DNA from: Trichoplax sp. H2
Taxonomy: Eukaryota
Reading direction: 5' to 3'
Length of the DNA: 64,000 nucleotides
NCBI GenBank assembly: GCA_003344405.1
Contig: NOWV01000025.1
Location: 496,001 to 560,000, forward strand
Below are positions 43,132 to 57,683 of this stretch, piece by piece; position 1 is the stretch's first letter, and the number at the start of each line of letters is the position of its first letter. Below the pieces are notes generated by a model. That model did no database searches and was not told the DNA's origin. It saw nothing but the letters and a program-made list of their open reading frames with translations. The position numbers and the translations under genes are program-made.

Positions 43132-46100
43132 ATGGCAGATAATCAACCATCATCCAATAAGCCGTTATTTCGGCAAATTGAGCCGGATGACGATTCACCA
43201 GAGATTTCCGAAATTGAAAGTTTATGCATGAATTGCCACGAGAATGTAAGAGGACATCAATGGATAAATCAAATTCTTCTGTTGCGATCTGCAGTAATTA
43301 ATTCACTTTAATAATTATACAGTATGGAATAGTTCCATTTTGATGTCTATCACAAATATACGACCTACTGTAGCTAGGGACTACTTATACTATTCTTTGC
43401 ATTAGACTTTACCTGATTTAGTATGTTGTACATGCAATCAATTCCGTATTACATTGCGTCATTCGCATAGATATCAAAATTAGTATACGTACTCCTAACT
43501 TTTCTTGATACTGCGATGAATCACAAATTTTCTAGTTCAGTAAACGTAGAGTGTATTTTGAAAACGAACTGTAAGAATCTCATCAATTAGTAAAATCTTA
43601 ATAGAACAACTTTTTCATATTGGTGCTATAAATATTACAAGAGTTATAATACTTGTATGGAAATATTGTATAATTAACCCTGTTAAGGATCTGATCTAAA
43701 GCCATATTCTTTACTTTTACCTAAGGGTACCACAAGAATGATGCTAACTAAAATTCCTATGTTCAGAGAGATTATCATCATGTCTTTCCGCTGTCCTCAT
43801 TGCTATATGGAAAATAATGAAGTACAATTTGGTGGTAAATTTGAAGAGCAAGGTTGTCGCTATACTTTACGGGTGAAAGATGCAAAGGTTAGTTGCAACA
43901 AACTAGAGACAAGAATATTGGATATTGATGCTCGAGAAATGAGTATTGCATACAAATCTGCTTTATTTCAACGATACAGGATCTCAATCGTCAGATTATT
44001 AAATCAGATTGGTGTGTAGCTAAAATTCCGCAGCTAGATTTTGAAATTCCCGCCTTGCCCGGGCAGAGTGCAGGTATTTTGTGCAGAAGTAATGCTACTT
44101 GCATATTTCAAAAGAGTAAACTTCTTGATATTTCGTCAAGAAATTCTATGTTTGTATGTGATGATAAATTGTAAAATTTAATTTATTGTTTTAGCTGGAT
44201 TGTAGCATTGATATTAATTGTTGCTAGACTTGTGCTATGTATGTCATACATCTAAATATAGGTACTGCAAAGGAATCGTCATTGTACTGTCTTTACTTTG
44301 TCAGTAACATGATTGCATTTTGGGATAATAATAGTGCTTACGACAATTGAGGGTTTACTCCAACGAACTATAGATGGACTAAAGATTCTTCAACCAGAAA
44401 GAAGAGTACGTCATGCTATACTATTAAAATCATATAGTAAATGTACCCTAGCTATTACAAGTTATGATAAGTTGTTAATGTAGCTGTGTTACATTTACGG
44501 ACATCTTTTATCGCTTTAAAATTGATCTATCAATGATATTGGAATTTCTTCTTGACAGATTGCTGAACCTGAAGTTGCTGCTAAGATTGACGAATTTATC
44601 GCGCGAATAGAAAAATACCTCTACGGCGACGAAGAATTTTCATTGGTAATATTACAAAATATCGAGCTACTGTAAAGTACAGTACCGCTATCTATAGAGC
44701 GATTATAGTTTTTTGATTGATACTTTACCGTTTATATGTCAAGAGATTACCGTAGAATAGTCTCGCAACTTATATCCTTATTGATATCAGGTACTGGAAG
44801 ATCCGGCAGGAAATAGTTTTATTGAAAATCCATACTTTCCTGACCATGATACTAGCATGATCGTTGAAAATTATGTCAGAACTAAGCAGGACAACCTTTC
44901 ATTGGGTCTTCAAGTAAGTACTATAAACTGAATAGTTCGATATTCTGACTGCAAATATCTTTGTAGACGTTTCGTTTATTTGAAATCATAAATCGTTGTA
45001 AACGTTCATACAGATAGACGATGGCATTACAGATACCTCTAACGCTAATGAAAGAGTGGAAGAAAATAATGGTATTCAAACTTAAGTTAGACAAGTGTTA
45101 GAAATATATAATAACTACTAGACTAAAATGACGTTTTATCAATGATGTTTTTTTATAACTTTAAGATGCAGAGTACCCTGATGAGGTGAGCGATAACAGA
45201 AGTATCTTTTTTGAGGCCTTTATACAGCACTCTAACAGTTAAAAAAAGCCCCGATAAGACACTAAAATATAAAATTATAATCCTACAGGTAATAGTATTT
45301 GCTACCAATTGCCCGTCATGCTTAACTCCTTCTCAAACCAGAATGGTTCCTGTTCGTATCCATCCATCAAATATTGCTAAATATAGATTAGACTGAACAC
45401 GTATTTATTAGTTAAGCCAGTAGTACTTGCTTTTTATTCTATCGCATATAAATTTTACTGCAATATAACAACTGCTGTTACTTTCTTAACTAAGTTAACA
45501 TTACAATCAGAAATACCACATTTTAAGGAAGTAATTATCATGGCATTAACGTGTGAAGCTTGCGGCTTCAAGACGAATGAAGTAAAATCAGGAGGTAACT
45601 TACTGGGCCGCTATGCTACTAATAATGCCATTTCGATACTAGAGTAGGACAATTAATATACTGAGCAGCTACTACCGAGGCATTGATAAAGAGTGGTGAT
45701 TAATTTTATCTATCTGTAAAACAGCTGGAATGTCAGAGAAAGGCATACGTCTAACACTAAATATAACGTCACCTCAAGACATGAGTCGTGATGTTTTAAA
45801 GGTACATCACTACGATACATTTCTAAATTATACTATCTACACAACTGATTCGTATGACGAGATGTTAATTTACTAATGAACTAATGAATTTATTTACCTT
45901 TTATCCTGTAAACTTAGTCTGAGACTTGCACAATAGTTTTACCTGCATTTCCATTTGAGTGGCATACGGGCGTATCTGGAGGAAAATTTACTACTGTCGA
46001 AGGACTATTGACAAACCTCAAAGAGGAGGTAAACTTCGATTACAGCAAAATGATAAAAAAATCATATTGGAATGCTCCTCTTGCCAATTATTTCGGGTTA

Positions 46101-46729
46101 CATATTTTTTAATATGTATTTCTTGTATCATTTATTCAGCTTGAAAGATTAAACCCTCTAGGACTTGGAGATAGCTCAGACGGTGTTAATAAGATGCATC
46201 AAATAGTATCATTTGTGGATGCGGTAAACTATTGCTTATTTAACCATCTAGAAGTGAAAATTTAGAAGTGGCATTATGACTACTTACAACCCGATTATAA
46301 TTGTGATCATCCATCGATAGATAATTACAGGAAAGGAAAAGACCGTTTTAATACTGGATGATCCTGCTGGCAATAGCTTTATTCAGGTAGATTACATCTT
46401 ACCGTTGCCTACTTTTATGCAGATGATTTTCAGTCCATACGAATATTCATGTAGCAGATAAAAATATACCTAGCTGATGCTATTGCTGGGAAAGCATTTT
46501 TGTGCATTACTTCTTATACGTACTTTATCGTACTTAGACGACTATGTAATTCTAACCTAATTAATTTTTTTTAAATCAGTCCGATTGCCTACCAGATCCT
46601 GATCCAAACCTATTAATTGAACATTATCAACGTACTGACGAACAGGATGATGAATTAGGAATAAAAGATATGTGTGTTGAAAATTATGAGATTCTAGGAG
46701 AAAAAGAAAATGATGAAGATGCCGAATAA
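43132..46729 (+). CDS. ZPR1: Zinc finger protein ZPR1 (about 455 aa, 15 exons)
   Basis: Exons: 43132-43245, 43726-43887, 43980-44073, 44335-44405, 44559-44645, 44791-44913, 45014-45071, 45166-45185, 45289-45355, 45511-45594, 45725-45801, 45918-46028, 46140-46223, 46321-46386, 46580-46729 (1368 nt). Two C4 finger-plus-homology modules: IESLCMNC...[17 protein letters not shown]...LEDPAGNSF and TNCPSC...[17 protein letters not shown]...LDDPAGNSF. Confidence 0.97.
45356..45510 (+). other. Probable U12-type (minor spliceosome) GT-AG intron in ZPR1
   Basis: 5' splice site GTATCCATCC (U12 consensus RTATCCTT). Branch-like TTTCTTAAC at 45482-45490, about 20 nt before the AG. No polypyrimidine tract. 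The boundaries are fixed by protein frame (PV-Q-IPHF). Confidence 0.75.
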
Positions 46730-49700
46730 AACTTGTTAAAGATTTTTACAGAAATACTTTTTTAGTTACCAGGATTAATTGACTTTAGATATATGTTTAT
46801 ATGATATATAAATAAGCACAGTAATGATCATTCTATGTGAACCTTTTCCATTCGATCAGTACGGAGATAGCAATGTTGATATTAATTACTCTTTAGGAGT
46901 TGGTACGGTAATATTACTTTACAAATATTAAGAACAAAGAATACTAAATTTGGCAGCTTTATACAGTTGCTAGCATTCTCATCTGTGGTGGGACTCAAAA
47001 TAGCATAACAAATGAAGAGTACTGTATCAGCAAAGGAGTACTTTATTGACACTTATACTAACGCCGATAGCTAAAATAACACGTTCCATATGTATAAACT
47101 ATAACATGACTTCAGATATTATACACATACAGTACAGCATATAGAATATCATATCAATATTCCAAAATTCATTCTACTTATTATAATATATATGGAATAA
47201 TCGTTCTAGAAAATTTTACGTTATATGAGCAAGAGCATTTGCCAGATGCAACAGTATAATGTAAACTATATATCTTCTGGAGAGCAGTGTCAGTTTAATA
47301 TTTCTGATAATTTTAATGGACAACATATAATTACTTTTACTTATTGAAACAATACGATATCAGTATCTGTTACCATGGCCGGCCGACATGATCTCTGTTT
47401 CCACGACTTAACATTGATTCACGTCAGTCAAAAGTAGTATCAGTCCGTGTCAAATACAAACATGCTTAGCAACCATCAAAGTGAATTGTTACGACATAAC
47501 GATTAATGAATGATTTAGCGATCTTTCCTGCCATGCACCACCGAGGAGGATGTAGGCATCAATGCAGTAGTTATTACCGGATCATGCATTACACTAATAT
47601 CATCTAGTGTGCAATATTAAATTTTATGCCTTGGTAATTGCACTGAGTAGGTATGAGTAAGTATAAAAGTCTATCTTATCGAGATAATTTGATGCCTAAC
47701 ATCTGTTTGCATGATTTCGGCTTCTACGATTAAATATTAACGTTCTTTGGTCTAAGAAAGAATATGGAATTCGTATTTATTACTGTAACAATTTCAGCTA
47801 ATAGCAGTAGTTATGTGTTAGGAAAATACAGTACGGTGATAATACTGCACAGGGTTAAGAACCAATATACAGTACTACAATTATATACTTTATTACATAA
47901 CGATAGGAGATAGTTATGCTAAGATTTACAAGGATGAAGATGTAATTTAAATACTGTATTCCTACGGCATTACTAGCTTGATTAAGTAGCTCAATTGCAC
48001 TGTCACATCAACCATGTTCTGAAACTTATAGCTAAAAAAGTATTATTATCTAACGCGAATAATTCATAAGAATGTAAGACTACAAGATTACATTCGACTG
48101 ATCAACGTTATCACTATTCGATATGCTATATACTGTAGATCTTCTCGAGCCTTACGGAGCGAAGTTTAAATCATTGTTTAGACAACGCCCAGAAAATCTT
48201 TTACAGTAAAGTTATTCATTTCTATTGGATTTGGCTAAAATAATTGTAACACTGAAATCATATAGAACGCTTTTTTTTTGCAGTACAGCAGTACTTGATG
48301 TGGATAAAAAAGGACAATTTAAGAGTATGCCACATATGTTAAGGGTAATGTAGTCATCAATATTGAGTGACAGAAAATTTACTGGCAAATGAATAAATTT
48401 TAGGCGCTTTGCTATGATAAGTAAAAAAATACAAAGTTTGTTATTACCGTAGTAATTTAATTAACCATTTCACTAAGAATCGACTACTTATTCACTAAGA
48501 CAATAAAATTAGTAATGCGCTTAAGGTAGCGCTACATGCTAATTCGTAATCCAATAATTGCCAAACTTACTGCAGTCCGATTATAATTGCATTATACGAA
48601 AATAAATAAATACAGCAGTTCTAAAGCCATATTACTGTAGATATTAGCTTATTATCTAAGTGTAGATGCTGAATTATGATAAACTGCAATGGCAAGTAAC
48701 ACGGCGTCTTGCCTGTTACTTACAATCATATTATTAGAAAAATCTTTAAGATTTAGATTGCATAGAATATATCGAGTTGAATTTGATGAAAATCCATTAT
48801 AGCACAGAGTGCCACACGTAGTAGAAGACTGAAGCTAGACTTTGCTCATACTATTAATATGAAAGAGTATTCGTATTGGAAATACTATTATAAACTGATT
48901 CTAAGTTATGGTGAATAGAAACATTTATTCCGACTATACTTAGTTGGGTACTTTTGTACAAGCAACGCGTGGTAAGAGGATCTTTGACCTCTTTTAATGC
49001 AGACATTTCAAGATATCGTGTTTTATCCTCATTATTTAATTATGCGTATTTTGAACGATGTTATGTTCTATGGCATAGCATTAACACAGCATTTAGCAGT
49101 GAACATATTGACAAATATTTATTACATTAATTTCTATTTTACTAAGTTTGTATTGTGGTAAGTGTCCGGAAAGCAGCAAACTTATCGTTTTGTATGTTAA
49201 CTGGTATGAATAAATGAAAGCCAAAAAATTTTGAAGGTGCACATTGTTATAAACTTGCATTACAATTAATTACCTTAACTTGATCGTTGTAGGTCTTTTT
49301 GATTTCCTTTCGTAGTGGCCAGTTTTTGATTATAATTATACCTATTGCATTCTACTTATTTCTCAGATGTTGCATCGAAGAATGTTTCATGATCATCGAT
49401 TACTGATCGACTGCTGTTTCTAATTTTAGATACAATAATCATAATAAGATAATTCGTCCCTATAACCAAGTCTTGTATGTGTAGCAATAGACTAACATAA
49501 CATAGCATATCGCACTGCATATGAAGTACCGTACTGCCCGTATTTCTAGGATACCTATATCTCGAAATATACAGAGGAAATCACACGTTGAGCTTAAAAT
49601 ATAGAATAAGAATATTTAACAATAATATTCCATGAGATTATGCTCATCCAATCCTTGTCTCCCTATTTATATTATAGAATTTAAGTTTTATCAAACGGAA

Positions 49701-52700
49701 ACATGCATATGCAGTGAATGCGATATATTGTACGTTGCTCGAAATAGACCTTAATAAATATAGAGTGACAATTTTGTGGCGCCTAGCAATTGAATTAGGA
49801 TCTGAAATGTAATTAATTAATTATAAGTTTTGACTTTAAATGATTGCAGCAATTACGCGTTAATACTTATATAGCTCTAATCCGATAATTCTAGATCGAT
49901 ATTATGACTATAATTAAAGTAATATAAAAGGCAAGTGCAGTACAATAGTATTCAGATATAATGGAATAGATAATATCTGTATACCACGAACCATAGTGTT
50001 CACTTTGGGAATAAATAGAATATAAATATCCAGTGGCAGGGTTACTTGTATTCGCATTTATAGGATGGAATAAATACGTAATTGACGATATCATCAACTT
50101 GAAATCGTAGACTGCAGATTGCTTTTATTCATTCATCATTGAAAGCATGTTTGACTGCTTACTACGCTCCCATATGATATTATTGTTAAGCTAGATATGC
50201 AACCTATTCGTACCTGACTCGATTAGAATGTAATGGTATATTTTGCATTTATCCTTTGAGTGGTACCCCTAACACATGTGCTCTAACATGAACACTAAAT
50301 GATCTTGTTAGGTAGTTTCATATCTGCATGATTTAATCTATAGATCTGATCTGGATTTGAAGTAATTATAATCATAATGCAATAAAATTGAGTAATGATA
50401 TTCTGTCATAGTACATACGGTAGAAACGGAATTTAGTAGATTAGTTTGTAGTATTACTGTAGCACGCGCTGTATTAAAATAATCTAACTACATATTCATC
50501 CGTACGTGCTTTCTGATTTACTGAGAATATAATCTTTAGTTAGCATGTACAATGTGCAGAGTCACTTGTTCACATCATGTGTGGATAGAATCAGTTTAGT
50601 TCGAAGCAAATCAGAATATGCTGCCTAAAGTCTGCGGAAATTGTGAAAGTTTTTGCTTACTTTTCGATACGTATTATACTCGTATATGCTATTATTTAAA
50701 GTCTATTTTACTTTAAACTACTACAAGATATTTTTACGAATTCTTTTACGAAAATAGCATCCAAGATTTGCATACGCAGTTTACTGTCCACTGTACAGCA
50801 GAGATAGCAGAGAGCTACAAAACGACAAGATTGACAGCTTGATCCAGCTCGAATCCAAATCGTGATGGGGCTGAGCTTCGGGACCCGATCAAGTACTCCG
50901 TTGTACACTGTATATTGCATGGGAGTCAAGTGTCACTCCGAACTCCGACTGGTGTTTTATGAGGAAGTATGATGTTACGTTGTTACTTCTTTTACCACAG
51001 TTGATATTTTAGTGGTATTTATTTATTTTTTTGAATCCTTTTTATCAACTTGAGACATAGAGGTATACTTCTACTGCTACAGTCAGCAAAAGTCAATAAG
51101 CTAAATAAATTAAGTAATGGAATCTATTGGCGTAAAGGACAGTCCTGTACCTACTGTTTATTGTAGTCTGTAACATAAGTATTAGACGGTACCGTACTGT
51201 ATGTATGGCTGTGACTAGTGTTGCGAATATTGAAAGGACTGGTCAATCTGGAGGTGTAGCAGACTAGTAGTATGCAACATCAGCTAAATTAACTGTAAAT
51301 TAAATTAAATTAACCGTCAATAAATTAAATTAAGGTCTAACTAATATGTTTAGAGTAGGTGCAGACATCACTTATTCATCACATCAGTCACTACAGTAGT
51401 ACATCAAGTAATTCAGAGATGTGCAACGACTAAATTGAGTCGTCTCATTTGGCCACCATCATCATTTCCCGATACAACATTAATAATAATAGCTGTAATG
51501 AAATTAAAGTACTGCATATACTGTACTGTAGGACGCCCTGCCCAATGCTAGAATATATACAATAGCTATTCTATGAACTAGACGCTACCGTAGCGGCTAC
51601 AGTAATGATTTATATTTTACTATTTTTCATTTCTACTGCGTCAAGCCATCAATATATACGCATACGAAGAGGACATTATAATAAAAATAAATAAATCAAT
51701 AATAATAATAAAAAGTCAAAAGTTTAATAGAGTATTGGCCAAGAGCTCGCACAATTTAGACTTGAGCTCTGAGTAAAAATATCACAACATTTTCCTTCCA
51801 TTTTGCTTGAGATCTAAAAACTGCATATGAAGTCAGTGTCAGTAGAGAAATCTGCTGAAACAGAGTAGATTAATGTGAGTTCAAGTGCTGATGCAATAAG
51901 AAGGTGAAGATTTAAAGCACAGCTATGGTAGTTTTTTTTACACCGTGCTAGCATGCAAACAGAGTCCTGTCCAGTCTTGGCAGTCATTTAGTGGCTGATA
52001 TCGAGCATGTACGCGTGATTAATCCATCTTATATAAGGCTATACGTTTATGTTGTACGTAAGTATTCAGAAAGCAAATTATAATTATCAATGAATCACGC
52101 AACTTTGCCATATAATAAGGTAAAAGGAAAAGCTTATTATAAAGCTTTTCCTGACTTTGAATTGCCCCGTCGCCGTGGGCTTTGACGGGCGGGCTTGGCA
52201 TGCACGGTTACGTCGTACGGATCTCGTACCCATGGCTTGGTCAGGGGACAAGAGAGAGTAGTCAGCCAGTCGTTGGAAGTCCTGGCTCTGTGCCAATACC
52301 TTCGTTACTGCTTTAGTACGATACTGTACCGTACCGTACAGTGCAGTAGATTACAGTATTAGCAGTGTACTGTAAGTTAACAGTACTGTACACTGTACAG
52401 TACAGTGATCCGCACACGTCTGGTCGTGTTCTTCACTCGCGCTGTTCAGGTGGATAATAAACGAATGTATTGGAAAAAATAAAAAAATTATTACGAATTC
52501 ACCTAGAACAGAACGCTTCTTTTTACTTACAATCGGATCTACTTATTTGATATTGTTATAAGTAAGTAATCATTATTTCGTGATACAATATTCCGTAGTA
52601 CTCAGTGGATAGATCCAGTCGATACAGTTACAGTAACGCAACACCGTTTTATTGAATTAATTATTAATCATTGAAAATGTAAGAAAAATTTACAATTATG

Positions 52701-53979
52701 CTTCTTACGTCATTGTCACTGTACAATGTAGATGGCTGCATTCTGTAAATAAACCCCATGATTTTGGCCATGAAACACGATCTCTACAGTTTTCGAATAA
52801 AAATTACAGTGTTAACTGTATGGTACTGTACACTGTACACTGAACAGATCATAAAGAGAACCTTTCTCAGGTCTAAGTAAAGTACGGTACGTAAGTGCTT
52901 CATACAATCCTATTTGTTGATTTTCAGTACAGTATTATACAGTACAGTAAAACAAACAAATAATAAAAAAAAAAAAAAGACCTACTGTACAGACTGTAAT
53001 CGTACAGTACAGTATACTGTAGAGTTGTTCAGAGAACCTACAGTACTGTACAGTACAGTACAGAACAGTATACAGTAGTAAGCATACAGTACGGTACTGT
53101 ACAGAAATCAGATGTCACCCTCTTCGAAGTTGGTACTGTAGCAAATCAACTTGGTACTGTACACTGTACAGTAGGCAGTTGAAGGGGGGGGGGGGCCACT
53201 TTACAGTACTGTACTGAGTGTACTACCGATTGCACGTTTCGCGATGTTCCTTACTAATTAATTAATTAATTAATGGGAATTAATTGCAAAAATAAATAAA
53301 TGAATCTTCGATACTGTACAGTATTGTACTGTACTGTAGCCAATGTTAGAGCACGGTACGGTACTGTACGGTACGGTGTACCGTAGATCGATGAGATTGT
53401 CTTTCAAAGTAAAGATAATAATTACAGTACTATTGTTTTCCTCTTTTTCTGCCTGTGTTTTTATTTGTATTATATTCATTACGCTCTCGTGCTGCGTCAA
53501 TTTCTCGCGTTGACATTGGTGAATGAGCGTACTGATTGGACCGATATTATTTGGGAAAATTTTTGATTCTTCTTATTGATCTACGTAGTACACATTTAAC
53601 TTCACAGTTACGGGTTTACTCTGTGTTGCAGCTACGCTAGCATACTTATTTACTCTAGCGTATTCAATGGTACTATGTATACAGTTACTCTACTATTGTC
53701 TGCCATGTTCCGTACGATGACGAACTTGCGACTACACAGTACTGTACACATCATGATACTGTACAGTACATTATATACGGTGTACAGTATGATATACTAT
53801 ATATACAGTACTGTATATAAAATAGATATACAGTACTATATACAGTATATTTGGATAATAATAATAACTATACTATACACTATACAGTGCAGTAGATAAC
53901 AATATACAGTACAGGTGCTGTCTTGTTTGGCATTACCGTAAAAAACATACAGTAGTAAAAATTTTTTTTTTTTTTTCAG

Positions 53980-54847
53980 CTTGCCAAAATACATTCATTG
54001 TACTGTACACATTGCATAAACTTGTATAGTTTACTCGAAACCTGCCATTGTTGTTAGTGGAGTCGATGAGCTGTAGAAATCTACAACTGGAGTCGGTAGG
54101 ATCGCGAAAAGTTTTAAATTTTTAGTTTGGCGTCATTTCTGCTCGTATACCAGATTTATAAATCAGCCATTGCTGCACTACAGTAATTATAATACTTGGC
54201 CTTTAGTACTGCATAACCCGTCGTAGCGTACCATATCCAAGGAATCGAGACGTTTAGCTATTACACGATCTCTACACCAATTTTTTTTTTCATCAAACTT
54301 CCATTTTGGTACAACCTCATTGCTTGAAAGACTTGCTGACGTTTTTCTCCCCTAGGAAACTGACATCTTTGTGATAAATTAGTATCCAACTTGTGCAATT
54401 ATCATCTGCAGTGCGCGATAGTTCCTAATCTATACGCCACCGAAAAACTCGGAACATCAACAATCTCATGCCTTCAACCGCTTACTGCACTGCAATAGTC
54501 TAATTCGAATATCGCTATAAATACAGTACTGTAGACAGTATACCGTAACCTAGACTTTACAGCGTTCCATCGTAGTGTAAAAGGGTGTTTGCTGTATACA
54601 TAAGGCGACATTGACTGCTGAATCCTATTAATTAAGCAGTGACCTACTGGGCCATTCCGTGTTGGTGGTATATTATACTTACCGATTGACTGCTCTGCTT
54701 ATGGTACTGTAACAACCTCATCTCTCTTTCTTCAAGCCTTTTATGGTGTACCTCAACTCTGAAAACTGGACTTTCGGCTACAGCTGAAATAGCAAGAACT
54801 ATCAATCAATCTGTATCAAAGATACGCTTGCATAGATTCAAGTTCTG
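53980..54847 (+). other. Candidate non-coding (5' UTR) exon, probably of capicua
   Basis: Strong acceptor T15-CAG ending at 53979 and donor CTG|GTGAGT at 54848. No long ORF. Upstream donor A|GTAAGT at 52562 and downstream acceptor at 61954. Confidence 0.35.
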
Positions 54848-56372
54848 GTGAGTCTTTCCTTATAAAGTAACTTCATTTAATTTAATTTATACTGTACTGT
54901 TGCTATCTTGACTGGCATCGTTGAACACCGCTGCAGCAGCTTCCATCGTTGCTTCTCGCTTTACTGTACTGTCTGTATAAAGCTACGAGCATTACTTGTA
55001 GCGGCTACATCTGTACACAGGTATTTTTGTGCCGTCGATTTTAAAAGTATGCAATCTTTGTTGCTCTAATGTCACATATACTGTATCTCGTGAAGTTGCT
55101 ATTTGTATACAGTATTACTGTATACTGCAGCATTGACCATCAATTTGTGCAGGGTTCTCGTACACATACGTTACTTGGCGAGTTTTCAACAGTTCTATAT
55201 TTTTAACTTGTAGAATTTGGTGTAAAGAATTCTGCAAGACGCTAGCCATAAGTTTATATATTCGTATTCACTACTACAAAATGTTTTATTTTCATTATTC
55301 CCTAAATCTACCTCCATTTTAATTTTGCGGTAACTGCTGCAGTTCGCTATAGTATATTTAACGTCAAATAGTAAACGTCTATAAAAGAAGATATGTTTAG
55401 TCTAGGACTACATGGTTTAATTATGAGAGCAATACAGTAGTCTGAAGTTGTCATTTTTCATCTCAGTTACTTCTTTCCAACAGGGGATGTTCGGTGTACG
55501 ATACGAGATCGGAATAATTATTATTTAATGATTGCAATTCTTTAACGTTTATGTATTTACCGCACGTATTCAATCGTACTTATAAATTTCCTGGCATGCT
55601 GAAAGTCTGAGCATGTATTAACTGGACCCTATATAAGTTACCAATTGACTGTCAACTCACTATAGAGTTATGACTGGATAGTACTAAATTTATGCAAACG
55701 GGTTCGCTATGTGCAACTTTACATTCGCTGTAAGCTGACGTTGCATAGAATATTATTCTAAAAATACACATATTTGCTTTTCTTTTTTTGTAATTCTAGT
55801 AGTCTTTAGTTCATGCTAGCACATGTATCTTGCATCGCAGGATCGTTTCCTTTTGATGCAGTTTTTCATCGTTTCTTTTACTTTAACGTTAACGCAGCAG
55901 ATAGCAGTTGAAAGTCCCAATTTTGCTTAGTCAGGTATTGCTACTCCGATCCATGTAGAGGGTAGGCTGGAATCAGGGACTACTAAAGGAAACAGTCCAG
56001 TATATTAGCTACCGTACTAGGCATTGACGCTCCAGCTAATATACTGTACACTGAACAGTATAAATACGCGTACGTGTACAACGATACATGGATAGGTTAC
56101 AATTTATTGAAGCTTTCTTCGCGTTGTACTACTTCTACTATGTACTGTTGTATGTATCATGAAAATTATCACCATATTTTCTCGATCCTCCATGCTTAAA
56201 TGCTTCACAAAAAGTAAAGTTAATACAAACGGTCGTATTTCCCGTACCGTAACAATTTTTTTTGTTATCAAAATTAAATTTTTTAGAGGATCTATACTAC
56301 TGTACTCATTACTCATTCTACTGTATTATAAGATATACTGTATATAAACTACAAATTTTTTGCCATACAGTA

Positions 56373-56558
56373 CTGTACGTACAGTACAGTACTGCAAATG
56401 CAAATTGCCTGCAATACAGTATACTGTACTGTACAGTACATATTGTGCAGCGCACGAACTTTCTGTACGTACAGTACAGTACTGCAAATGCAAATTGCCT
56501 GCAATACAGTATACTGTACTGTACAGTACATATTGTGCAGCGCACGAACTTTCTGTAC
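56373..56558. repeat. Perfect 2 x 90-bp tandem duplication
   Basis: The unit CTGTACGTACAGTACAGTACTGCAAATGCAAATTG...GCGCACGAACTTT starts at 56373 and 56463. The copies are identical as read. Confidence 0.95.
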
Positions 56559-57630
56559 TGTACAGTACAGCACTGTTCAGTTATCCCGGACCGAGCTCGG
56601 TAGCTGGTCTGCTCTAGCCAGCCGAGATGTACAGTACTGTACAGTACTGTACTGTACAGTGTACAGTGCAGTTTTTTTTCATATTCATTTGAAATGAACA
56701 TCGATAAGGCCCATGCAGATTAACAGCTAAAAAAACAGAAAAAAACTTTTGCAGTGCCAGTATGCCGTCTATTTTCTTACAAGAAACATTTGCTCAATGC
56801 TCAACTGTCCGGATCAATTGCATTACACGGACCCAGCCCGTATTAGAACGTAGCGTACTGCTGTCGTCTGGGATATTTTAGTAGGTGTAGATCAAAGGAG
56901 AAAAAAGTCCAAACGAGCGTTTATTGTTTTTTTCTACACGTCCAAATACGGTCATCATGACAGAGAATGTAGAGCCGGGGAGCTTACGAGTAGTCTTCAA
57001 ATTTCAATATGGCATGCCATAGTTTCTGAAGTCTGCGCGATTCCAGAGAAAGCAATGGATTTGGGATCATCTTAACATGAATAGTAATACAGTATAATCC
57101 ATTTATATCAGCGAATGCTCTACACCGTAGTGTTCTCTACTGTACTGTATATACTCTACTCCATACTCGTATTATACACATTTGGCTGATTCAGAGTTGC
57201 AATTTGCGCAACTCTAAAGACTTTGACGAATATAATAATATGGCTTGACGTGCGGTATTGATAGTTTATGGTTTAGGGTTAAGGTTACACTACGCTGTAC
57301 AGTACAAGTGTACAGTACCGTAGGCTCCAGGTGTTTTCATAGTAAACTATCCAATATTGCGGTGTTCTACAGTACTGTACACTGTGTCCCGACATCTGTA
57401 CTGTACTGACAGTATAGTATGATATGACGTTACCTCAGTACTAATTGTAGACTCCTACAATAGCCATAGCTATTCTGTCAGCAGCAAGACGGGTTGTACA
57501 CAGTACGAAACCAGAATTATTTAACTTCGGCTATTTATTTTTTGTATCTTTAACTTAAACGGTTACAATTGGCCAATTACAGTATTAATGATAGTATGAT
57601 AATGCTGAATGATAATATAATAATCGCCAC

Positions 57631-57631
<1 letters not shown>

Positions 57632-57677
<46 letters not shown>

Positions 57678-57683
57678 ATTATT
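57632..57683. repeat. (ATT)n microsatellite
   Basis: About 17 ATT units with one single-base interruption. Confidence 0.95.

Noticed and set aside
50850..50950. GC-richer stretch with small hairpins (CTTCGG loop) as a structured ncRNA
   Set aside because: The stems are short, with no recognisable tRNA, snRNA, SRP or RNase P motifs. An Rfam scan would be needed.
52087..52094. Perfect Capicua site TCAATGAA upstream of CIC
   Set aside because: A single AT-rich octamer is expected by chance in this composition.
56262..56701. Overlapping Tyr/Cys/Thr/Val/Ser/Gln-rich ORFs (also at 10416, 35740, 37083, 42806, 53675, 58060, 58852, 59560)
   Set aside because: They are translations of the TACTG/TACAG arrays, which lack stop codons in most frames and are open on both strands.
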